From the sequence record OR352955.1: a DNA stretch of 64,000 bases; one strand, written 5' to 3'. The position numbers were made by a program, and so were the translations under genes. This stretch comes from Escherichia phage AV125. The notes under the pieces are model-generated. The model was not told where the DNA came from and did not search any database. It saw only the letters and a list, made by a program, of their open reading frames with translations. Positions 48,265 through 56,789 of the stretch are shown one piece after another. Every line of letters starts with the position of its first letter. Positions within the stretch are counted from its first letter, which is position 1.

Positions 48265-49251
48265 CTACAAACTTTCAATAACCTGGCGTCGCAATTCGTT
48301 TGCATCTGCCAGATTATAATGTGTTCGAACATGTTCCGCTAAGAACAAGCCGCGATCTTCCCGATAGTTCGGATTTCGAAGAAGCTTAACAATTTCGTAA
48401 TGCCATTCTGCTTTATTCTCTGCATAAGCAACAGCGCGAGCATCTACAGGGTTAAAATAAGGTAATACCTTAGAACAAACAATCGGAATACCTTTTGCCC
48501 CAGCTTCAAGGATTTTGAGATTACTTTTACAATTATTAAAATCATTATCTACCAAAGGAGCTATAGCAATAGCATGACTTTCGTAAACACTCATGTAATT
48601 ATCTAAATCTTTTACAGCAGCTTTATATTTGGCATTTGGTAAATTTCTACGGATCTTAATCCACTCTTGCCCTGTGATACTCTGCGATGCTTCATATCCT
48701 GCAATAGTAAGAAGTTCATCATCGAAAGTATTAGAGACTAGTCGTAAATCGGGTTCGTGACTAGCACCGCCAGCCCATACAACAGGGGTACCGGATGAAC
48801 GATCATTTGACAAAGTGAATTGTCCGCTATCAAAAGGAAGTGCATTTCGGATCACAACAACATTCCTATTTAAGTGACGGATCTTATATGCCAAATATTC
48901 CGTAGTCACAATGACCACATCGGCAAGCTTAACCATAGCTACAATAGCATGAGTGTTTGACTCATATAAACTTGCTAAATAATGTTCTGGATTAAGTTGG
49001 TAGAAATCATCTAAATCTACAACAATCTTAACACCTTGACGTTTCAGGGACAGAACATATTCTGCCCCTTTAGAATGAATACGGTTAAACACGACAACAT
49101 CTTTCTTAGGCTGAAAATTATTGTTGTTAAATGGTATAACAATACGATGATAATCACAACCACTGTGAGGTTTTGCATCAATTTTCAGTTTAGTCCATTT
49201 TTTATTTGACATGTGCCAGTGCCTCCTCATAAGAAATTCGGATTTTCCCAT
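48265..49251 (-). CDS. Glycosyltransferase (GT-B fold-like), paralog 2
   Basis: Collinear similarity to the 47313 gene (DYHRIVIPF vs DFHRVVLPY; KSNLKILEAGAKGIPIVCS). Confidence 0.45.
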   Translation of the reverse strand: MGKSEFLMRRHWHMSNKKWTKLKIDAKPHSGCDYHRIVIPFNNNNFQPKKDVVVFNRIHSKGAEYVLSLKRQGVKIVVDLDDFYQLNPEHYLASLYESNTHAIVAMVKLADVVIVTTEYLAYKIRHLNRNVVVIRNALPFDSGQFTLSNDRSSGTPVVWAGGASHEPDLRLVSNTFDDELLTIAGYEASQSITGQEWIKIRRNLPNAKYKAAVKDLDNYMSVYESHAIAIAPLVDNDFNNCKSNLKILEAGAKGIPIVCSKVLPYFNPVDARAVAYAENKAEWHYEIVKLLRNPNYREDRGLFLAEHVRTHYNLADANELRRQVIESL

Positions 49252-49885
49252 TTTTAATATCTTCTAAAGACGCTTTATATTCTTCCCAGTTAATGCCAAT
49301 AGCAGCTTCTTTCTCTTCTTTTGTCAGATTAGCAAAAGGCATAGGATTGTTTCCAAAAACATCGTCTGGGTGGATATAAGCCATGATACGAAGTGGACAA
49401 GGTATTGCCTGAATGCCCTGATTCAAACCAGCAGCTTTCAAACGGTGTACCCATTCAGCATCTTCAAAACCATAGCCGTGAGTGTAAGGGCGGAAATAAC
49501 CCATCTTCTCAACAACGGCACGAGAATACATTGCAAATTGACACATTGCAAGTTCCCAGAGAATAACTTCTCCTTTACTCCCAACAACTTTATCTTTGAA
49601 ATACTCCGGCATACCAAAGAAATCCCATCCTCCAGAGACAGCTTGATCTACAAAATATGTTTCCCATCCCTCCATGATTGGGTAGCAATCGTCGTCAAAA
49701 ATAAACCAATAATCATAACCTTCTTCATAAAACTGGTGCATAAGTTCATTCCTGGCGTAAGCTACACCTTTACGATCTGGATCGTTGAATATTCGAAAAT
49801 CTGCATGTGGATCTGTTACAAGATAGTCTTTAAGTGGACGGACACCTACAGTGATAACACCCACTCCGATTTTAATATTTTCCAT
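49202..49885 (-). CDS. Glycosyltransferase (GT-A fold-like, DxD)
   Basis: FIFDDDCYP (DxD) and YGFEDAEW motifs; the 3' end overlaps the next gene by about 50 nt. Confidence 0.45.
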   Translation of the reverse strand: MENIKIGVGVITVGVRPLKDYLVTDPHADFRIFNDPDRKGVAYARNELMHQFYEEGYDYWFIFDDDCYPIMEGWETYFVDQAVSGGWDFFGMPEYFKDKVVGSKGEVILWELAMCQFAMYSRAVVEKMGYFRPYTHGYGFEDAEWVHRLKAAGLNQGIQAIPCPLRIMAYIHPDDVFGNNPMPFANLTKEEKEAAIGINWEEYKASLEDIKNGKIRISYEEALAHVK

Positions 49886-49893
49886 TTTCTCTC

Positions 49894-50457
49894 CTAGATA
49901 GTTTTACTGTGATCGTGACAGTGTAATAAATGATGTATAGACCGTTGAGGATTTGTTTGACCTAATCTGTAAATGTGAAACAGATACATTCCCCGCATCA
50001 ATCCTAACCTTTTTCCTTTTTCATGTAAAGTGCGAGAGAAAATTAGGTCGAATTGGATAGATTTTTCTTCGAAAGGAATTTCATTCCACAATGATTTTCT
50101 AAAAAGCAAAAAGAAACCTGCCAGAGGTGTTCCGAAAGGAACTTCTTCAACACTCACTTTATGATATTCTCTTGCAATCTTAGCATATTCTATATGGTTT
50201 AGAATATTTGGATCATCGTTAATTTGGTTAGAGAAAAGCTGATAACCACTACCTAACCTGTTACAAGTTGCACCTATTACATCAAAAGGCGGGTTTGACA
50301 TAATAAGCTCTTCAAGCATAGATGGTTGATCAGGCAGGAGGAACATTGTATCGGTATCTCTTAAGCACACCCAACTATCATCTGGAAGAACGGCAATAGC
50401 TTCATTGATAGCCTTGCCGATATTTCCTGTCAGATAGGGAGTAATATAATAAATCAT
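49894..50457 (-). CDS. Putative glycosyltransferase (GT-A-like, DxD motif CLRDTDTMF)
   Basis: N-terminal YITPY..GNIGKAINEAI then DTD motif; fourth member of a glycosyltransferase cluster. Confidence 0.3.
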   Translation of the reverse strand: MIYYITPYLTGNIGKAINEAIAVLPDDSWVCLRDTDTMFLLPDQPSMLEELIMSNPPFDVIGATCNRLGSGYQLFSNQINDDPNILNHIEYAKIAREYHKVSVEEVPFGTPLAGFFLLFRKSLWNEIPFEEKSIQFDLIFSRTLHEKGKRLGLMRGMYLFHIYRLGQTNPQRSIHHLLHCHDHSKTI

Positions 50458-50473
50458 TCTCCCCTCCGTTATA

Positions 50474-50665
50474 TTAACTGTCAGCTACAATCCCACGTTT
50501 AATCATTTCTTGTTGGATTTGGATGACACGATCTCGTGCTTCCATATATTCTTTAAAAGATTCTTGGAGATGGTCACGAGCTACATCCCGTAGTTTAATC
50601 AGCTTGTCGTTTGTCACTTCTTGAAGAGAGATCTCGCCAGTTTCATTGGTCCCAAGCGTTTTCAT
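50474..50665 (-). CDS. Hypothetical small protein
   Basis: 63-aa helical, charged ORF. Confidence 0.3.
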   Translation of the reverse strand: MKTLGTNETGEISLQEVTNDKLIKLRDVARDHLQESFKEYMEARDRVIQIQQEMIKRGIVADS

Positions 50666-50873
50666 TTACAACCTCCTTAATAGCTACTGCACAGTTCTTA
50701 CAAATACATTGACCTTTGTTCTTAGAAATTTCAATGTAAGGTTCATTTTCGTTTTCTCCGCGTCGTGAATCGTATATTACAGTATTGAAGCAGACAACGC
50801 AAATGTTTTTAATAACAACATATTTTTGCACTTTTTGTTTAGTGCGAAAATTTACTTCAATGACTTCTCCCAT
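50643..50873 (-). CDS. Small zinc-ribbon protein
   Basis: Track ORF trimmed to the ATG at 50873 that overlaps the upstream stop; Cys pairs CVVC...CICKNC. Confidence 0.3.
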   Translation of the reverse strand: MGEVIEVNFRTKQKVQKYVVIKNICVVCFNTVIYDSRRGENENEPYIEISKNKGQCICKNCAVAIKEVVNENAWDQ

Positions 50874-51157
50874 CAGTGAATCTCCCCTAAAATGTTGTTT
50901 TGAGACATTACTGCGGAGCATTCTACAGCATCATGAGTCCTTGCAAAACGCTCCCACAGCACAGCATCTACTTTAAGAACCATACAAGGATAAATACTGT
51001 CGTTGATCATATCAATGCTATATTTATCTACATCCTTTTCATCTTCCATAAACAAAGTAGCGTATGCTTCCAAATGTTTACGGGTGTAGTATACGTCCTC
51101 TTCGGTAAGACCGACAACCAGGTAACTTGCTACAACAACAGTATTATCTTCTTGCAT
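50873..51157 (-). CDS. Hypothetical protein
   Basis: Track ORF trimmed to the ATG at 51157, the first start after the upstream gene's stop, with AAGGGGAG RBS. Confidence 0.3.
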   Translation of the reverse strand: MQEDNTVVVASYLVVGLTEEDVYYTRKHLEAYATLFMEDEKDVDKYSIDMINDSIYPCMVLKVDAVLWERFARTHDAVECSAVMSQNNILGEIH

Positions 51158-51158
51158 T

Positions 51159-51680
51159 TTAACTCCCCTTTGGTAGATAGAAACCATGCACTTTATCTCG
51201 ATAAACAAGACGCATATCACGCTCCCAGTGTGTCCTTATATTCCGTTTCTTGAAGTATAGAGCACCTTTAGTAACATCTAAAACAGACCGCAATTCAGGA
51301 AAATGTTTCTCTAAATAAAGTAAACGCTCCGCTATTGCTTTTGCTTCCTGCCACTTATCTTTCTCTGTCACGTTAAAAGTTTTCGCATATGAGAATTGCC
51401 CTTTCTGGAACAAGACTCCCTTGACTGTGTTAGGGAAGTAGGCATCATTTCTTCTGTTGATTACCACATTCCCAACGGCATTCATTCCTTTTTTACCCAG
51501 ACCGCGACCTTCTGCGTAAATTGCACAAGCTAATAGAATTTTATCATTATATTGCTTTGTACATTTGTGAACTACTTTAGCGGTTTTTACGTTTGCAGCT
51601 TCGGCTTTCGCCACAACAGGTGTAAATGTAAAAGCAGTTAAGGATAGTAACGCAACTGTTACAAAGTTTTTTATCAGCAA
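51159..51680 (-). CDS. Secreted cell-wall hydrolase, SleB/CwlJ-like (candidate endolysin)
   Basis: N-terminal signal peptide (LIKNFVTVALLSLTAFTFTPVVAKA); Hydrolase_2-like core LLACAIYAEGRGLGKKGMNAVGNVVINRR; TTG start 8 nt after AAGGAGG; own promoter. Confidence 0.5.
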   Translation of the reverse strand: MLIKNFVTVALLSLTAFTFTPVVAKAEAANVKTAKVVHKCTKQYNDKILLACAIYAEGRGLGKKGMNAVGNVVINRRNDAYFPNTVKGVLFQKGQFSYAKTFNVTEKDKWQEAKAIAERLLYLEKHFPELRSVLDVTKGALYFKKRNIRTHWERDMRLVYRDKVHGFYLPKGS

Positions 51681-51712
51681 ATTTTGCCTCCTTTTTAAGT
51701 TAACGAACTTCT

Positions 51713-51741
51713 AGTATAACACGATAGAGGCTTTATTGCAA
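51713..51741 (-). promoter_or_regulatory. sigma70-like promoter (TTGCAA-17-TATACT) on minus strand upstream of the SleB-like gene
   Basis: Minus-strand -35 TTGCAA (plus 51736-51741), 17-nt spacer, -10 TATACT (plus 51713-51718). Confidence 0.45.
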
Positions 51742-51762
51742 GAGGGGGGACTTCTCCCCCTC
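51742..51762 (-). terminator. Terminator hairpin after TerD gene
   Basis: Stem GAGGGGG / CCCCCTC with a 7-nt loop, immediately downstream of the TerD stop and abutting the promoter. Confidence 0.4.
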
Positions 51763-51780
51763 AAAATCATTTGTTAATTA

Positions 51781-52383
51781 TTATGGACATTCATACCATT
51801 CTTTTTTACCACCGAAGGCCATCACCACATCGCAAATATCCAGACCAGCTTTACCTACACCATATGCTTTCAGCTTCCATTCTCCATCTTCACGAACCAG
51901 GGAAGCCACGTGGCAGATTGTGTTGCCAGCTACTTCAGGAGCCAGGAAGTCAAAATCCAGAATTTCCACATTGCGCTCGGAGTCGAAGATTTTAAGCATA
52001 CCTTCAGAAGCATGACCAAAACGTTTCAGACCTGTATCATCATCAATGGTCAGAACAAAGGCAATCTCTTGTGCATCAGGAGAGATTTTAGCCAGAGTAA
52101 TATCAATCTGCTCCATGCTGCCAGTTCCATCACGAACATCGTCACCAGCGAAGGTAGAACGTTCAGGATCAAACTTGTTAGCATAGCAAACCAGATGACG
52201 TGCAGACAGCATTTCAGGATTGCCAGCGGCATTGTGACGACAAACCAGTGCACTTACATCCAGATCCAGTTTAGAATCAGATTTCCAAGAGAATTCCAGA
52301 CGCAGTTCTTTCAGAGCCGGAGCAACTTTCTTCAGGGAAATTTTTTCGCTAGAACCTTTTTTCAGGGAAATTTTATCAGTCAT
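51781..52383 (-). CDS. terD: TerD-domain protein (tellurite-resistance TerD family)
   Basis: N-terminal ISLKK repeats; core TFAGDDVRDGTGSMEQIDITLAKISPDAQEIAFVLTIDD matches the TerD GDxxxG..GDDE..I...L pattern; about 200 aa. Confidence 0.6.
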   Translation of the reverse strand: MTDKISLKKGSSEKISLKKVAPALKELRLEFSWKSDSKLDLDVSALVCRHNAAGNPEMLSARHLVCYANKFDPERSTFAGDDVRDGTGSMEQIDITLAKISPDAQEIAFVLTIDDDTGLKRFGHASEGMLKIFDSERNVEILDFDFLAPEVAGNTICHVASLVREDGEWKLKAYGVGKAGLDICDVVMAFGGKKEWYECP

Positions 52384-52398
52384 CTTTTGTCTCCTCTA

Positions 52399-52668
52399 TT
52401 ATTTAAGTGTAATACCAGTTACAGTCAATTCTACTTCCAAAAGCTTAGATGTGTTTTGGATTGATACTAATTGTGCATGATGGTTTAGTTCTACAGCAGA
52501 ATAATCATTTTCCCCATCATCTACTTTTAAATAAACAATGATTTCACTAAGGTCTAAACCATTTTCGTCAAATGCATTTTCATAGACGAAAGTATCTCCT
52601 ACATCCAAATCTTTGATGGTAAGGCATCGTTTATTTACTTTTTGCTCATCAATTTCGAAGTTTAACAC
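52399..52668 (-). CDS. Small protein, paralog B of a two-member family (precedes TerD)
   Basis: KDLDVGDTFVYENAFDENGLD...LEVELTVTGITLK aligns with the 53690 ORF (EDLGIGATFMYYDAYEDAGLD...VEVDLEVTNITLK). Confidence 0.35.
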   Translation of the reverse strand: MLNFEIDEQKVNKRCLTIKDLDVGDTFVYENAFDENGLDLSEIIVYLKVDDGENDYSAVELNHHAQLVSIQNTSKLLEVELTVTGITLK

Positions 52669-52897
52669 TTCTTCCTCCTAATGTTATCTCCGGTTTGTAT
52701 ATACGAAGAATTATAACATTTTCATTTTCTTTGTCAACCCATTCTTCATAATCAGGCCATACATGAATCTCTACTCTACTTACAATATCTTCCATTCGCA
52801 CAGTCCCAATGAAATACTCTTTGAGACTGCGCATAATGAAAGCTTCTCTCTCGCGCCAATAATTTTCTATGACTTGAGAGGCAAGCTCGTCGATCAT
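52649..52897 (-). CDS. Hypothetical small protein
   Basis: 82-aa ORF between the vWA gene and paralog B; overlapping coupled starts. Confidence 0.3.
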   Translation of the reverse strand: MIDELASQVIENYWREREAFIMRSLKEYFIGTVRMEDIVSRVEIHVWPDYEEWVDKENENVIILRIYKPEITLGGRSVKLRN

Positions 52898-53688
52898 TTT
52901 TTAGCACCTACTTTAACAACCCACTCTCCGAACTCTTCAGATAAGAGTTTGTCATAAAGCTCTGAATCTGTCAAGTCTAAATCTTTAATGCCAATAAAAC
53001 CAACATTATCATAAGCATTTGCCAGTTCTTTCAGGAAGCCAAACTTCTCATTACCAACGCCAACCATGAACCAATAAATAGGTTTATTCTTATTCTCTTC
53101 AATAAGACGACGAACAGCACTAGGATCACCATTCTCACCATCCGTCTGGAAGAATACAACACCAGGGGTAACGTCAGCACCTGGTTCAGACACAGCTACA
53201 ACCTTTTCACGCTCTACAGATACTGTTTCAGTTTTACCAAGCAGACGATTAAAGAAGCCTTTCTTTGGAGCCTCCTCTTGTACCACTTGTTTAGTGGTAA
53301 TATATTTGGTAACAGTGCCAAAATACTCATCGTAGATATCTGCCATTACAGGGGCGTAATTTGTTCCACCTCCGATACGAACATTGCGCATACATTTACC
53401 AACATAGTCATCGTAAACGTCTGCTGTTGCTGGAGTAAGCTCTTGGGAACTCGTATTGAAGGCCCACATATCAATTTGTTGATTATCGTCGAACAGCATA
53501 CCAAAAGGAAGCAGTTTACCTACAAAATCACTCACTACCCCACTAGAATATAGACCATGCATACTACCAGAAATATCTAGAGCACATGCTACACGAAGAA
53601 CAATCTTACCTTCATTCAGGTTCTTATTCTTTTTCAGAGAGAAAGCAAGGTTTTCTTGACGTTTTTTCAGGCTGATTTTCTCGGACAT
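52894..53688 (-). CDS. von Willebrand factor A (vWA) domain protein with TerD-like N-terminal leader
   Basis: MIDAS motif DISGSM in LRVACALDISGSMHG; N-terminus MSEKISLKKRQENLAFSLKK parallels the TerD N-terminus MTDKISLKKGSSEKISLKK. Confidence 0.55.
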   Translation of the reverse strand: MSEKISLKKRQENLAFSLKKNKNLNEGKIVLRVACALDISGSMHGLYSSGVVSDFVGKLLPFGMLFDDNQQIDMWAFNTSSQELTPATADVYDDYVGKCMRNVRIGGGTNYAPVMADIYDEYFGTVTKYITTKQVVQEEAPKKGFFNRLLGKTETVSVEREKVVAVSEPGADVTPGVVFFQTDGENGDPSAVRRLIEENKNKPIYWFMVGVGNEKFGFLKELANAYDNVGFIGIKDLDLTDSELYDKLLSEEFGEWVVKVGAKK

Positions 53689-53689
53689 A

Positions 53690-53986
53690 TTATTTCTCCT
53701 TCTTAAGTGTAATATTGGTAACTTCTAAATCTACTTCCACCATATTTGTATCTGGCGGGATGCAATGAGTATAGCCTCGTTGTGCTAGTGATCCATTAAT
53801 ACAGATCGCACTGTTTGTGGAATTTTTAATGAACACCAAGTTACGGTAGGTATCCAACCCTGCGTCTTCATAGGCATCATAATACATGAATGTGGCCCCT
53901 ATGCCAAGATCTTCGAAAGCAATAGGTAAATCCTGACACTTTTCTTCTTGAATATTGAATCTAAACACGCATACCTCCTCTACCAA
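53690..53986 (-). CDS. Small protein, paralog A (precedes the vWA gene)
   Basis: See paralog B; 98 aa. Confidence 0.35.
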   Translation of the reverse strand: MVEEVCVFRFNIQEEKCQDLPIAFEDLGIGATFMYYDAYEDAGLDTYRNLVFIKNSTNSAICINGSLAQRGYTHCIPPDTNMVEVDLEVTNITLKKEK

Positions 53987-54524
53987 TTTTGAAGCCCAAA
54001 TCGTAAGCTTCTTTAGTGATCTTTTGCAACTCGCTTATAGGAAGTGTTACAAGAGGATCATCTTCTTCAATTTCCATCTTGTCATCTTCTGTTTCAATGA
54101 GAGTATTATGCACTTTATGATAAGGGTTGTCAACACGTTTAAACTTATTCTTTTCTGTGCTGAAGAAACAATCTGGATCTTCTTCACCATCACCCCAACC
54201 TTGATTAGGATCTCTGTCAGATTGTTCTGTAGGGATCTCACCTGTAAAGTACTCTTCCAGCACCATAGCGATGCCGTCCCTTGGATTTGAGGAATGCATC
54301 AAATCACAAACCTTACTCCAATCCATAGCCCAGTCGAACCGTTCACGAACGCCATTTTCATCCTCTTTTCCAGAGAAAACACAACCATAACTATCATAGT
54401 TGCCATACATCTCTTCAATAACAACACCGTCCTTCAAAAGAAAGAGGTAGCAAGGTGATCCGTCGAAAGAAGTAGAAAGGGCAGCTTTGCCCGATTCTTT
54501 GCACAAAAAGCTAAAACAACCCAT
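53961..54524 (-). CDS. Hypothetical acidic protein
   Basis: 187-aa ORF rich in Asp/Glu (EEDPDCFF, ETEDDKMEIEEDDP). Confidence 0.3.
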   Translation of the reverse strand: MGCFSFLCKESGKAALSTSFDGSPCYLFLLKDGVVIEEMYGNYDSYGCVFSGKEDENGVRERFDWAMDWSKVCDLMHSSNPRDGIAMVLEEYFTGEIPTEQSDRDPNQGWGDGEEDPDCFFSTEKNKFKRVDNPYHKVHNTLIETEDDKMEIEEDDPLVTLPISELQKITKEAYDLGFKIGRGGMRV

Positions 54525-54727
54525 TACAAACCCTCCTTCAGATTATCAAGAGCTACAGTGGTTTCACAAAATTCTCCATAAGCTTTATGATGTTCCAGAA
54601 AAGCTTCGGGTCCACCCCAATCATTGTCTTGTGTATTCCAGCCATCAATAAAAGCATCTTCAATGATTGTGATCAGTTCTTGTCGGGTTAACTGGATAAT
54701 ATTAGGGTCGTTATCGTAGTTAAACAT
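54524..54727 (-). CDS. Hypothetical small acidic protein
   Basis: 67-aa ORF; ATG with GAGGAGGAAG RBS. Confidence 0.3.
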   Translation of the reverse strand: MFNYDNDPNIIQLTRQELITIIEDAFIDGWNTQDNDWGGPEAFLEHHKAYGEFCETTVALDNLKEGL

Positions 54728-54893
54728 CCTCTTCCTCCTCTAAAATATGGAACCCGTAATTACAATAGTCCTGAAAGGTTTCGTGTGCAAGATCTTCTAT
54801 ATCCTCTTGAGACATATCATCTTCAATTTCGATATCCACAACCTCATTGCATCCACACCAAGCAGTTTCAATATTCACTCGTAATATTTTCAT
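54720..54893 (-). CDS. Hypothetical small acidic protein (57 aa; not in ORF track)
   Basis: Manual translation MKILRVNIETAWCGCNEVVDIEIEDDMSQEDIEDLAHETFQDYCNYGFHILEEEEDV; ATG overlaps the upstream stop (TAATG) and follows a GGAGGAGGAG RBS. Confidence 0.25.
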   Translation of the reverse strand: MKILRVNIETAWCGCNEVVDIEIEDDMSQEDIEDLAHETFQDYCNYGFHILEEEEDV

Positions 54894-55090
54894 TACTCCT
54901 CCTCCTCATTGAAGTCAATATCTGCAAGGAGTTCGAATTTACGGAAGTTACGACAACCTTCATAAATATAACAATCACGACAAACTGCTAGAACACTTGG
55001 GGGATATATGCCTCCCATCGGCGCGAATCGTTTTTCGTCATCATAACGGACACCAATGTCCTCATCAATTATATAGATACGGATTCTCAT
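54893..55090 (-). CDS. Hypothetical small protein with acidic C-terminus
   Basis: 65-aa ORF ending ...DIDFNEEEE; start overlaps the TelA stop. Confidence 0.3.
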   Translation of the reverse strand: MRIRIYIIDEDIGVRYDDEKRFAPMGGIYPPSVLAVCRDCYIYEGCRNFRKFELLADIDFNEEEE

Positions 55091-56199
55091 TTACCAAGCC
55101 CTCGTTTCACAGCAGCTACCATCCCGTCTTCCAAAGATTGAACTTCATTAATATAATCAACACGAGCAGCACGGGCTTCCGTATTGATGCGGTTAGTTTC
55201 TTCCAACATCTTAACCAAGTTTTCCTGATCGTGACGCAGAGTTTCAATATCCAACACTTGACGGTTAGCCAGTGCTGCTGCTTCGATCTGATTCTGTGTG
55301 GCAAGATCGCTACCCAGTTTAATTGCCAGGTTAAATTCATCAAGAACGTTATTCTGCGACTCTGCTGCTTTCATTTGACGTAAGCTCTCGATATACATTG
55401 AGAAGTTAGCAGAGTAAGCAGGAATAACATTATTTACTATGTTACGCGCAGATCGCATTAAGCTTGCAGAAACTTTTTGCATACCTTGTACACGCGGTCC
55501 CATTTGGACACACAGTAGGCGCAATGCTTTTAAATCTGCAATACGAATCTCCAGAAGATCCAAAGTATCTCGGATCACTTGTCGCTGTTCTACTGCATCT
55601 TCTGGAAGAGCAGCCAAAGCTTGTTCTTCTTTTTCATAGGTTGCTGTTAGAAGCTGCATATCTCGGTTCAAACTTGCAGCATATTGTCCAATAGCTTGAT
55701 GTAGCTTTTCAAGATATACCAAGGAATCTTCTTCTTTGCGAATATCCATTTGAAGGTTTTTTACCAACTCTTCAATACGGTTATTAACATTATCAAACTC
55801 CCCAAACAGATCTTCTTTCATACCCATAACTTTTTTAATGAGTTTAGTAATACCCTTGCTTTGTTTAATAGAGTTTGGATCAAGTTGTTTTGCCTGTTTA
55901 ATCAAAGCTGTGAGTCGTTCACTCATCTGATCGCCTTGATTACTACGTTGATGTTTTAATACCTCGGCATTCAAGGAACGCAAGGTTGTTCCTGCCTCTG
56001 CCCCAATCTCTTCGATCTCCTGTCGGGTCATAGAAGGCAAAACTGGAACTTCTTGCGGTGCCGCTGGTGCATAAACAGGACTGGCATCTAACACGCTTGG
56101 AGCGAATACAGATTTACTTGCATCTGTTGTTGCAGCAAATACGCTCATTTCAGGTTTCTTCTGACAGCCAGTAGCTGCTTTTAAAAATGGACTTGTCAT
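55087..56199 (-). CDS. telA: TelA-like toxic anion resistance family protein
   Basis: 370 aa, largely helical with long heptad-like segments; size and composition as for TelA/KlaA; lies in a cluster with TerD, vWA and TerC homologs. Confidence 0.5.
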   Translation of the reverse strand: MTSPFLKAATGCQKKPEMSVFAATTDASKSVFAPSVLDASPVYAPAAPQEVPVLPSMTRQEIEEIGAEAGTTLRSLNAEVLKHQRSNQGDQMSERLTALIKQAKQLDPNSIKQSKGITKLIKKVMGMKEDLFGEFDNVNNRIEELVKNLQMDIRKEEDSLVYLEKLHQAIGQYAASLNRDMQLLTATYEKEEQALAALPEDAVEQRQVIRDTLDLLEIRIADLKALRLLCVQMGPRVQGMQKVSASLMRSARNIVNNVIPAYSANFSMYIESLRQMKAAESQNNVLDEFNLAIKLGSDLATQNQIEAAALANRQVLDIETLRHDQENLVKMLEETNRINTEARAARVDYINEVQSLEDGMVAAVKRGLGK

Positions 56200-56786
56200 T
56201 CTTCATTCTCCTCTTCTGCATCTCTTATATATGGTGAAACACCGTACTCTTTAGCTACTTTAACCCAATCGTCCCATTTATACAACCATAATTTTCCTTC
56301 GGTCCCTTCTTTATCTGATTTCAACCACATATTAGGTTGCTTACCTGGGTACATGCGATTAGGTTTACGATTATAACCTCTAACACATCTTGTCGCAAAC
56401 CTATCTACCAGAACAAGAACATATTTATATTCGTGGTTCAACGGCTCTTTGGAAGTGGCTTTAGGATTAGCCCCTAACTCTGCTGCCAGTTTTTGCCAAT
56501 GAGCACCGTGTCTACTAAACTTACCCATACAACCATCAATAGCATGAGCAATTTCGTGCTTCATTGTATCCACGATCATATCTCTTGTAGAGTTCTTATG
56601 CAAGTGCCAATTTACAACAACAATTTTATCTCGGTAGTTGCACCAACCGAAAGAGTTATTCACTTTGTTTCTAACACAAGCTTTATATCCTGCTTCACGT
56701 AACATGTTGTAGTAAACAGGAAAATCTTCTTTTATTTCCTGCATCACTTCCCACCACAAGAGTTGCAAGTCTCTCTCGGTATACAT
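56196..56786 (-). CDS. SprT-like zinc metalloprotease domain protein
   Basis: HExxH motif in MKHEIAHAIDGCMGKFSRHGAHWQKLAAELG; acidic C-terminal tail. Confidence 0.5.
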   Translation of the reverse strand: MYTERDLQLLWWEVMQEIKEDFPVYYNMLREAGYKACVRNKVNNSFGWCNYRDKIVVVNWHLHKNSTRDMIVDTMKHEIAHAIDGCMGKFSRHGAHWQKLAAELGANPKATSKEPLNHEYKYVLVLVDRFATRCVRGYNRKPNRMYPGKQPNMWLKSDKEGTEGKLWLYKWDDWVKVAKEYGVSPYIRDAEEENEE

Positions 56787-56789
56787 AAC

